Positions 8,627-16,150 of a DNA stretch of 64,000 bases are shown piece after piece; position 1 is the first letter of the stretch, and each line of letters opens with the position of its first letter. Position numbers and translations under genes: made by a program. The notes beneath the pieces were generated by a model. That model was not told where the DNA came from and made no database searches. It was given only the letters and a program-made list of their open reading frames with translations. Source of the stretch: an uncultured Clostridia bacterium (GTDB lineage: Bacteria; Bacillota; Clostridia; Christensenellales; CAG-138); NCBI GenBank assembly GCA_946631895.1, contig CAMPAN010000002.1, forward strand, positions 14,946 through 78,945, given 5' to 3'.

Positions 8627-9796
8627 ATGCGGTGTCTAAAATGTGGAGGACAATTAGATCATCATAAATGCTCAGTCTGCGGATTTGACACGGTCAAAGA
8701 CACGGTACATTTTTTATCGGCACAGCAGGCGAAAACCATGTCGCATTTGATTGCTTCGCTTTGGGACGATGAAATACACAAATCAGATGTTAAGCATGAA
8801 ATCATCGACGCCATCGACGAAGAGAGGCGGCAACTGGAGGAAAGGAAAAAAGCTCTATTACAAAGGAAAAAAGCTCTATTACAAAGAAGAAAACAAATTG
8901 AAATGGAGATAGAAGCTCTCCAAAACTCAATGCAGCAAGATCAATCATCTGCTAATTATTCATCCCATTTCATTCGAAAAGAGTTCGATGTAGAGTTGGC
9001 AATTATCGATTGGTTCAAAGATTCGACGGAGTATCCTGATGCAACTGAAATAGATCGTTTTTATCAATCATTATCATTTGCAGACGGTGCAGTCCCGTGG
9101 CGCTCCCGGTCCAGAATCAAGGAACTGGTATACCGCTATATCGAGATGAACATGGAAGTGAATACTCCGAAGGATGTTTCAAAGATTCTAAGATCTGATA
9201 ACAAGGAGCCTGTCACTTTTTTCATGCCGATCGACAGTTTCTTTTCTGATGTGAAACAGAGAACAATCGCTTGTGGAAAAGTGTTGCTCGGCGGCATCGC
9301 TGCCGGTAAACCGGTTGACATCATTCTTAAAGACGGAGATCGCTTAAAATCATTTATTACGCAGATTAATCACGGTCTTTATTCATATAATGGTCGTTCC
9401 TTTGCAGAAAAAGGAGATGTTGTAGGATTAACTCTACAAAATATCAAACAACTCAAATCGACAGAAGCACAGGCTATCGTGAATCCCAATGCCAATGCCT
9501 TGCACATGGAGTTTTCGGGTTCGTTGAATCTCTTGAAAAAAGAAGAGGGCGGTCGAAATCTTCCTGTATTTACAGGATATAAACCTTTTCTCCGAGGTCT
9601 TAACAAGGACACTCGAGGCCTTATTACCTTTGCAAAAAGGGATTCAAAACTTGATATGTTACGACCGGGCAATAAAGCTATTGTACATGTCGAATTGGAT
9701 GAACCGATCGCGATTGTTCCAGGAATGGTGTTTTCCGTTCATGAGGACGACTCGGTTACAATAGCAAAACTAACGGTAACATCGACAGAGGATTGA
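8627..9796 (+). CDS. Zinc ribbon - coiled coil - EF-Tu domain II/III homolog (no G domain)
   Basis: GAAGGAG RBS. The N-terminus is CLKCGG..x7..CSVCGFD. A coiled segment contains RKKALLQ twice. The C-terminal ~195 aa (nt ~9209-9796) align by eye with EF-Tu domains II-III. Examples: LLKKEEGGRNLPVFTGYKPFL...TRGLITF vs [32 protein letters not shown], and MLRPGNKAIVHVELDEPIAIVPGMVFSV vs [28 protein letters not shown]. No GHVDHGKT or other GTPase motifs are present. Confidence 0.8.
   Translation: MRCLKCGGQLDHHKCSVCGFDTVKDTVHFLSAQQAKTMSHLIASLWDDEIHKSDVKHEIIDAIDEERRQLEERKKALLQRKKALLQRRKQIEMEIEALQNSMQQDQSSANYSSHFIRKEFDVELAIIDWFKDSTEYPDATEIDRFYQSLSFADGAVPWRSRSRIKELVYRYIEMNMEVNTPKDVSKILRSDNKEPVTFFMPIDSFFSDVKQRTIACGKVLLGGIAAGKPVDIILKDGDRLKSFITQINHGLYSYNGRSFAEKGDVVGLTLQNIKQLKSTEAQAIVNPNANALHMEFSGSLNLLKKEEGGRNLPVFTGYKPFLRGLNKDTRGLITFAKRDSKLDMLRPGNKAIVHVELDEPIAIVPGMVFSVHEDDSVTIAKLTVTSTED
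8843..8884 (+). repeat. Perfect 21-bp in-frame tandem duplication (AGGAAAAAAGCTCTATTACAA x2)
   Basis: Read directly: 8843-8863 is identical to 8864-8884. It encodes RKKALLQ-RKKALLQ inside the coiled segment. Confidence 0.9.
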
Positions 9797-9828
9797 CCGA
9801 TGACAGTCCGATAAAATAGGAGGTTTCA

Positions 9829-12339
9829 ATGCCCAACTATACCACAAGATTGTATAATGAAATCGTTGATCATGCGGAGGAACTATATGATTTCTTCTCC
9901 GGAGATTACATGAATGGCTTTGAAAACCGCTTGTTGGATTGCGGGGCTGATCGTATCGAAATCGGCCCCATGCAATTCGTTCGTATTCTTCAATACAGAA
10001 AAACAACGAATATCCGTAACGATCTGAAAACAATTCAAACAGCTATTTCCGCATGCCTTGGTTACTGTGCGCGAAACATGGCTGCGTTTGGATATTATCT
10101 GATATCGAAAGACGATGAGTTCCGTGTTTTTCTATCTGTAGAAGGAATTCCCGCCGATGGAGTCATCCGGTTGTTATCCGGGATGATTCCCGAAATCTCT
10201 TTTCGTACAGGATTTATACCTCCATCCGATATGAAGCGGCTATCCTCTTGCTCGGGCATTATCAGCGGCGATATTCACTGTACTGAACCCATCGCAAATA
10301 TGCTTTTTCAAGCGTACAACGGCAGGAATGGTATTCTTGGGGTTCTTGCTGTTCCTATGGCTCGCTCGGAAGCATCTTCATATACAGATGCTCTGAATGT
10401 GCTGCTTCGTCAAACAGAGGACTTACTGAGCGATGATATGGCTTATTCGTTTCAGTCCAGAAAAACGAATAAACGTAGTTACCGTTTTATTCCGGAACTA
10501 AATGCCAAACTGAAAGAAATGACGGAATACTATCGCAGTTCCGGGGAAGACTATTGGAAAACCTGTTTGTGGTTTTCTACAGAGGATAGGCAATCTCTCA
10601 ACACTATTGGCAACGCAATCTCCGGTATTCTAAACAGTGCGAATGACAGTTCGGACAAAGCCAGAGTATTCTTTACTACTGAAACCCCATTTCAACAAGG
10701 CCGTTTATTTCTCCCTGCTCCTCTATTCGGCGATCATAGATTTGAATATGAGGATGCCTTGTTGAAGCCGTCGCTGATTTCGTATGTTTCAAATACGCAT
10801 TTATCCAGTATTCTTCAGTTTCCATCCTCGCAGATCAACGGTTTCGATGTCATTGAGCTTACAAAGACCGAGAACAGTATTCATCTTTTTGACTTGAACC
10901 ACCCATCTTATCAGGATAACGGAATTGCTTTAGGTAGAGTTGCGGACAGTGGAATCGGCTATGCCCTCCCGTTGCAAGACCTCATGGAACACGTCTTAGT
11001 AACCGGCTCCACCGGTGCCGGAAAGACGAATACAGTCTTTACCCTCGTTCAAGGAGTTCATGCCTTCCATATCCCAGTTTTGATAATCGAGCCATCAAAA
11101 AAAGAGTATTGGCTGCTTGGAAGCATGCTCCAGGATCTAAAGGTGTATTCATTTGGAAAGGATGCGGATCTTTTACAGATCAATCCTTTGATTCCCGAAG
11201 AAGGCGTACTCATCGGGAATCATATCGACAGTCTTCTCTATGCGTTCTCCGGCGCATTTGAGATGGAGGAACCAACCCGTTTGGCTCTTGACGGCTTACT
11301 GAAATACACTTACATGAAATCGGGATGGACTTCTGGTGATATAGCCATTTTCTCGCGTAAGCCATTCCCACAGATAAAGGATCTTCTTCGGTTTCTGCCG
11401 GAATACTGCGAACAGAACCTCCCCTATGGAGAAGAAGTGAGGAATAATATTTACGGTTCTCTCGTTAACCGGCTTTCTTCAATCAATTCAGGAGTATTGG
11501 GAGAATCGATGAATACAGCTCATCCCATCACGGGGAAGGATCTCTGTTCCGGAACCGTTCTCATTGAACTTGATGATCTTTCACTTGAAACAAAGCCTTT
11601 TATCGCCATGCTCGTGATGATAAAGGCCGATCAATATCTTCGTCAGAAAAATGCGTCTCACCGTCTCAATAATGTGATCGTTCTGGAAGAGGCTCATAAT
11701 GTTTTTGCAAATGTGGCAAAGGACAAGCGACAAGAACCCCGAGATAAAGCAAGCCACTATTTCAGCAATATGCTTTCACAAATCAGAGGATATGGGGCAG
11801 GCATTATCATTGCCGATCAAGGTGCATCTCAGATCAATGATATGGCGGTTTCAAATACAAAGGTTAAAATCATTCATGGAATTGTTGATCAGGATGACAT
11901 GGATAGAGTTGCTTTTGCGCTTAACCTGACAGATATTCAGAAAAGAGTATTCCCCTCCTTACAAACAGGAGATGCTATTATTGGGATCAGAGCATCGAGA
12001 AACGTCAATCGGGTGCGAATAAACCAAACCCGTATTACACCGATTCACAATATCGCTTGTCTGTTTTGCAAACGGAAGCAGTTCTGTGTAAACTTTAACA
12101 AAGAAAACAGCTCTCCCATTCCACGCGTTTCTCTGACTGCACAGCATATTTTACAGTATCGTTTTGATCCCATGTCTCTGTCAAACGAGCTTCACATCGT
12201 TGCCAAACATATGGAATGGCCGCAAGGCAAAGACTTATGTCTGCTTGGTTTGCTCCTTTCCGACCGCAGTGTTTTCCTCGGTGAGCGAGAAAAGAGGCGG
12301 ATCATTCAAAGATACTTGCAGACATGTTCGGAGGATTAA
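9829..12339 (+). CDS. HerA/FtsK-clade P-loop ATPase with long N-terminal region
   Basis: AGGAGG RBS. Walker A is VTGSTGAGKTNT (nt 11005-11028). It is followed by LIIEPSKKEYW, a Walker B / EEAH-type motif VIVLEEAHNVF, and IIIADQGASQI. No TM segment is evident. Confidence 0.75.
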   Translation: MPNYTTRLYNEIVDHAEELYDFFSGDYMNGFENRLLDCGADRIEIGPMQFVRILQYRKTTNIRNDLKTIQTAISACLGYCARNMAAFGYYLISKDDEFRVFLSVEGIPADGVIRLLSGMIPEISFRTGFIPPSDMKRLSSCSGIISGDIHCTEPIANMLFQAYNGRNGILGVLAVPMARSEASSYTDALNVLLRQTEDLLSDDMAYSFQSRKTNKRSYRFIPELNAKLKEMTEYYRSSGEDYWKTCLWFSTEDRQSLNTIGNAISGILNSANDSSDKARVFFTTETPFQQGRLFLPAPLFGDHRFEYEDALLKPSLISYVSNTHLSSILQFPSSQINGFDVIELTKTENSIHLFDLNHPSYQDNGIALGRVADSGIGYALPLQDLMEHVLVTGSTGAGKTNTVFTLVQGVHAFHIPVLIIEPSKKEYWLLGSMLQDLKVYSFGKDADLLQINPLIPEEGVLIGNHIDSLLYAFSGAFEMEEPTRLALDGLLKYTYMKSGWTSGDIAIFSRKPFPQIKDLLRFLPEYCEQNLPYGEEVRNNIYGSLVNRLSSINSGVLGESMNTAHPITGKDLCSGTVLIELDDLSLETKPFIAMLVMIKADQYLRQKNASHRLNNVIVLEEAHNVFANVAKDKRQEPRDKASHYFSNMLSQIRGYGAGIIIADQGASQINDMAVSNTKVKIIHGIVDQDDMDRVAFALNLTDIQKRVFPSLQTGDAIIGIRASRNVNRVRINQTRITPIHNIACLFCKRKQFCVNFNKENSSPIPRVSLTAQHILQYRFDPMSLSNELHIVAKHMEWPQGKDLCLLGLLLSDRSVFLGEREKRRIIQRYLQTCSED

Positions 12340-12340
12340 C

Positions 12341-13201
12341 ATGTTGGATACAAGCCTATTCAGAGAAACCGCTTCATCGGAGACTCGCGAACAAAACGGT
12401 ATCGCTTGTGTTGAAATAAACCGACCGCAGAGAGAAGTTGACGACAAAAAGGAGATTTCTTCTGTGGAGGTCGCTCAAAAGGCATATGATGAAACAATAA
12501 AAGAAATCAATATCGAATGCGAAGGTATTATTCCAAAGGAACAAAAAACACGAATCAATCTCGAAAGAGAAGTCCATAAGCCGATCATCATGACTTCCGA
12601 AGAATACAGCGAACGTTTCCCGGAAGCTGATCCGAATGTATTGGGGCATTATGAAGCAAACGGGCAAGTGTATATGAAAGACGGCTCTCCCGAAACGCTT
12701 TCGCACGTTGCAACGCATGAAGCCATGCATTTGACATCATTTAAGGAAAGTAATCAGAATACTTACCGATCCGGGCTGCGCGAAGCAACATATAACGAGA
12801 ACGGCATGCGAGAGGAGCATAATCGTGCCATAAACGAAGGAGCAACCGAGCTATATGCCCTTCGGGAAATGCAGCGTCGAAACGAAGGATCTTCCATCGA
12901 AGCAATCTCTGCATATCCGGAAGCGCAAAGGGCAGCATCGGAGCTACGGGACATGGTTGGAGAAGAAAGAATGCGTGAAGCATACTTCGGCGGCAACCTC
13001 GAACAATTGAAAGCGGAGGTAATCCGCTTGAATTATGGAGATGAAACAGCGTGGGATCGTTTCTCTAAAAATGTTGACATTCTTGAGTACGAGGGAGACG
13101 AACAAAAGATACGGAATGCTCAGATTGAGTTAACCTTGCAAAATGCTATAATGTATTCATTTAAAGAATCTGAAGCATGGACAAGAAGTGACAACTTATA
13201 A
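12341..13201 (+). CDS. Putative HExxH zinc metallopeptidase
   Basis: The ATG lies 1 nt after the HerA-like stop, with a GGAGGA RBS. The motif is HVATHEAMHLTSF (HExxH). The listed 12164 start would overlap the upstream gene by 176 nt. Confidence 0.55.
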   Translation: MLDTSLFRETASSETREQNGIACVEINRPQREVDDKKEISSVEVAQKAYDETIKEINIECEGIIPKEQKTRINLEREVHKPIIMTSEEYSERFPEADPNVLGHYEANGQVYMKDGSPETLSHVATHEAMHLTSFKESNQNTYRSGLREATYNENGMREEHNRAINEGATELYALREMQRRNEGSSIEAISAYPEAQRAASELRDMVGEERMREAYFGGNLEQLKAEVIRLNYGDETAWDRFSKNVDILEYEGDEQKIRNAQIELTLQNAIMYSFKESEAWTRSDNL

Positions 13202-13221
13202 TATGCACGGGGGAACCAGTT

Positions 13222-13716
13222 GTGATAATTGAATCGTTTATAAAAGAGATCGTATTCAATGCAATAGAGAACTGTAATTATGATCCAACCACCGTCTCGA
13301 ACGGTATCTGTTCTTATGCACAACGTCATGGTTTTCATGAACTGAAAACAAAATTCACGGACAGTGTTATCAAAAGAGTAATTGTCAACAGTTTAACTCC
13401 CATCATGAGTATGAAGCCGGACGCCATTACGCTTTATTTTTCAAATTATTCGCTGATTGAGAGGCTTTCTTTACTGAACAACCAATCTTTGATTATTGCC
13501 AACGCTAAACGCGCAGGAAAGTATGTCAATGACGATGAGATTTTAAAAATCGAAGAAGCATTTGATGACTGTATGAAAACGGTTTGCCAAGAACAAGGGC
13601 TCAGAGAATTGCTTGACATTCAGATATCAGAGATTATCCTCAACATCGACTATGCAAAAGGAGTATCATCTCATATGGGACAGAGATTGAATTCATTGGA
13701 AGGAGATTCTCATTGA
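13222..13716 (+). CDS. Hypothetical protein
   Basis: GTG start with a GGGGGA RBS. Its 4-nt overlap with the next gene suggests coupling. No motif recognised. Confidence 0.45.
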   Translation: MIIESFIKEIVFNAIENCNYDPTTVSNGICSYAQRHGFHELKTKFTDSVIKRVIVNSLTPIMSMKPDAITLYFSNYSLIERLSLLNNQSLIIANAKRAGKYVNDDEILKIEEAFDDCMKTVCQEQGLRELLDIQISEIILNIDYAKGVSSHMGQRLNSLEGDSH

Positions 13717-14330
13717 ATACAATCAGACTGCACGACATTTATATGCATACAACAGCGCTGGGACCGGGTACAAGAATCGCTGTTTGGCTGCAAGGATGCA
13801 AGCGCTGCTGTAAAGGCTGTATGTCACCGAAGTCAAGACCTTTGGATGGCGGACGTATGGTCGATTTGGATGCGCTTATTGAAGAGATTTGTTCCACACA
13901 TGATGTGGAGGGGGTAACAATCAGCGGCGGCGAACCTTTTTTACAAGTGCAGGCTCTCTATCGTCTGCTGTCTGCCATAAGGAACCGCACGGAACTCGGA
14001 ATAATTATTTATACCGGAAATACCCTGTCTGAACTGTACGAAATGCATAATCCCATGATAGATGAGATTATTACCCATCTGTCTGACCTGATTATAGATG
14101 GCGAATACATAGATGACTTGAATGACGGAACCGCACTGAAAGGATCCAGCAATCAAAACGCAATCTTCATTACCGACAGATATTTGCCCTATAAATGGCT
14201 GTATGAAGAGAAAAGAAGAGATATAGAAATCAAAATTGAGAATGGAAGTTCGCTGCTTATTGGAGTTCCGGACAAAAGCACACTTGAAATGTGGAGGCGT
14301 ATCTCGGACCAAATGAAAGGCGAGGAGTAG
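13713..14330 (+). CDS. NrdG-like radical-SAM activating enzyme (4Fe-4S single-cluster type)
   Basis: TTG start with a GGAAGGAG RBS. GPGTRIAVWLQGCKRCCKGCMSP gives CX3CX2C in the context typical of glycyl-radical-enzyme activases. GGEPFLQ follows. No NrdD or other glycyl-radical enzyme is visible in the window. Confidence 0.7.
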   Translation: MNTIRLHDIYMHTTALGPGTRIAVWLQGCKRCCKGCMSPKSRPLDGGRMVDLDALIEEICSTHDVEGVTISGGEPFLQVQALYRLLSAIRNRTELGIIIYTGNTLSELYEMHNPMIDEIITHLSDLIIDGEYIDDLNDGTALKGSSNQNAIFITDRYLPYKWLYEEKRRDIEIKIENGSSLLIGVPDKSTLEMWRRISDQMKGEE

Positions 14331-14632
14331 CAGATAAATGGTATTATATAAGGGGGACGACCGTGTTTGAAGTGATTGCAACCGCGGCTTCGGCGCGGAA
14401 CGTATATAATTCAACGAGATAATCAAGGAAAGTATATCTAAACCGTAACCGAAACCCAAGCTGTCCGGTTCTGACTCTGATAAAAACTGACGTTCCGTAT
14501 TCAAAGCCCGAAAAACGAAGTTCGGATCATCCGGTCCTGATTTCGTTCATTACGAAATGAATCTGAAAACAGACATGCTTCTTGATCCTATAAATCGGTT
14601 TTTGTTGCGTTAATATAGTAGAGGTAAATGAA

Positions 14633-15373
14633 ATGATCTTCGGAAATGAAGAAACATACATTCTTATAGGAAATGCTATGTGTCATGGAGATATGGACGC
14701 CTATAATCGCATTGGTGAAATTATAGTTAATGACACTATGCTTCTTGTTAATAGCTGGTTTCGAGATCTTCAATCAGCCGATAAAGAAGACATCGTGCAG
14801 GATGTAGCCGAAAAAATGCTTCGCGGTCTTCTCAAGTTTTATGAGGACTCGAATCATAATACTGAACAGCAAAGAAACGCATACTTGAAGACTGCTGTTT
14901 ATAACGCTTGTATGGATTTTTTCAGAAAAGCCAAACGATCTGTGCTGACAAACGCCATAAGTATTGATAAAGTACACGGTCATGTGTTTGAGGAAGACTT
15001 CTCAAAACGCTGTGCAGATAAAGACGCTTTTTTATCTGCATTGAAGGGAGTATTTCAAATTCATACTACACCCGATAAGATGATAGCGTTTGTATACAAT
15101 CGCTTATTGGGAACACTGACCGGAAAGAACGGTTCCCCAAAGAGCATCATAGCCCAATTCGACGGTATGCCGATACAGAACGTTTACGAACAAATGGTTT
15201 GCGACTTAAGTACAGTATCGGGAAATCGTATACCGGATGGAGTATTATCATCACTAAGGAACTCCGTTTATGGTGATTATTATAATCACCCATTTCATAT
15301 GACACCGCACCAGATAGCAGACAGCAGCAACTGGATTGTTGAGAAAACAAAGGAGAAGAAGAATGAGTACTAA
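14633..15373 (+). CDS. Sigma-70 family (ECF-like) sigma factor
   Basis: Region-2-like segment: KEDIVQDVAEKMLRGLLKFYE...NAYLKTAVYNACMDFFRKAKRS. The region-4 assignment is weak. Confidence 0.55.
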   Translation: MIFGNEETYILIGNAMCHGDMDAYNRIGEIIVNDTMLLVNSWFRDLQSADKEDIVQDVAEKMLRGLLKFYEDSNHNTEQQRNAYLKTAVYNACMDFFRKAKRSVLTNAISIDKVHGHVFEEDFSKRCADKDAFLSALKGVFQIHTTPDKMIAFVYNRLLGTLTGKNGSPKSIIAQFDGMPIQNVYEQMVCDLSTVSGNRIPDGVLSSLRNSVYGDYYNHPFHMTPHQIADSSNWIVEKTKEKKNEY

Positions 15374-16037
15374 GGTATCTGAAAACGAGCATATCCCTTT
15401 TGATGAGCTTTCTGCATTTGTGTTTGCGAAAAACACATCGAAAGACTTCCTGTCTGTGGCTGCACGGATAAACAAACATTTAATGGCATGTCCTTCATGC
15501 AAGAAGAATTACTATGCCTTAATGAATGTGAAAGATGAGATTGAAAAGGCTGCCAGATATGAAACCTTCGATGAAAGAATCGAGACACGTGTATTTGCTT
15601 TCTTATATTCAAAAAAGCACAGTTCGTCACTTCAAGCAATCGTAAAGGAAAGTCTTAGATTCAAGAAATGGGTATCTTTCAATATCAGAAGCATGAAAGA
15701 AATAGTGTCGGTGCAACAGCCGCGGCTTGCCCACCCTGTATTGGCATCTGTAATGAAATCCTCGACATCCGGCAGTCAAGCCGATGAAGTCAAGACGGAA
15801 ATAAAAACCAGTTTGTATGATCGGAATCGAAATAGGGTCAGTATTGGGCTGGATGGTACATTGTCGCTTTACTTTGATGCCTCAAGCCATCCGGCAGGAA
15901 AACGAGTCATTATCCTTCCCGATGATGTAACCAAAAGCCCTCAAATGGTTGAACTGACACGGTATGATGATTCTGTTGCGTATGTCCGTGTTGAAGGGAT
16001 TGCCCCTGGGGAATACACAGTTGTTATTGAAGAGTAA
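15363..16037 (+). CDS. Putative anti-sigma factor (zf-HC2 type)
   Basis: ATG with an AAGGAG RBS, overlapping the sigma-gene stop by 11 nt. HLMACPSC fits the Hx3Cx2C zinc anti-sigma motif. Confidence 0.5.
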   Translation: MSTKVSENEHIPFDELSAFVFAKNTSKDFLSVAARINKHLMACPSCKKNYYALMNVKDEIEKAARYETFDERIETRVFAFLYSKKHSSSLQAIVKESLRFKKWVSFNIRSMKEIVSVQQPRLAHPVLASVMKSSTSGSQADEVKTEIKTSLYDRNRNRVSIGLDGTLSLYFDASSHPAGKRVIILPDDVTKSPQMVELTRYDDSVAYVRVEGIAPGEYTVVIEE

Positions 16038-16073
16038 ATGCAATGGTTTTTAATAAAGCAGGTTTTATAGTGC

Positions 16074-16103
16074 TTGACATTTGAACCTGCTTTTAGTTAT
16101 CTT
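16074..16103 (+). promoter_or_regulatory. Possible sigma-70-type promoter for 16151 gene
   Basis: Perfect TTGACA (16074-16079), an 18-nt spacer, then TATCTT. It sits inside the loop of a hairpin (AAGCAGGTT 16056-16064 / AACCTGCTT 16084-16092 + TT) that could terminate the sigma/anti-sigma unit. Confidence 0.3.
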
Positions 16104-16150
16104 ATATAAATGAGATAAGTCTTTCGATATAAGAGCGGGGAGGATTTATT

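Noticed and set aside
8627-9796. Decayed tuf pseudogene.
   Set aside because: It is an intact 389-aa ORF with its own RBS and a distinct N-terminal zinc ribbon and coiled coil. There is no remnant of G-domain motifs upstream in any frame of the preceding gene.
12164-12340. N-terminal extension of the HExxH protein (listed ORF start 12164).
   Set aside because: It would overlap the HerA-like gene by 176 nt. An ATG with a GGAGGA RBS lies 1 nt after that gene's stop.
14363-14422. 19-aa ORF (VFEVIATAASARNVYNSTR) just downstream of the radical-SAM gene, as a possible RiPP precursor.
   Set aside because: The adjacent enzyme is NrdG-like, not a SPASM or RiPP maturase. The ORF has a GTG start, is very short and has no conservation evidence available. 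It is indistinguishable from chance.
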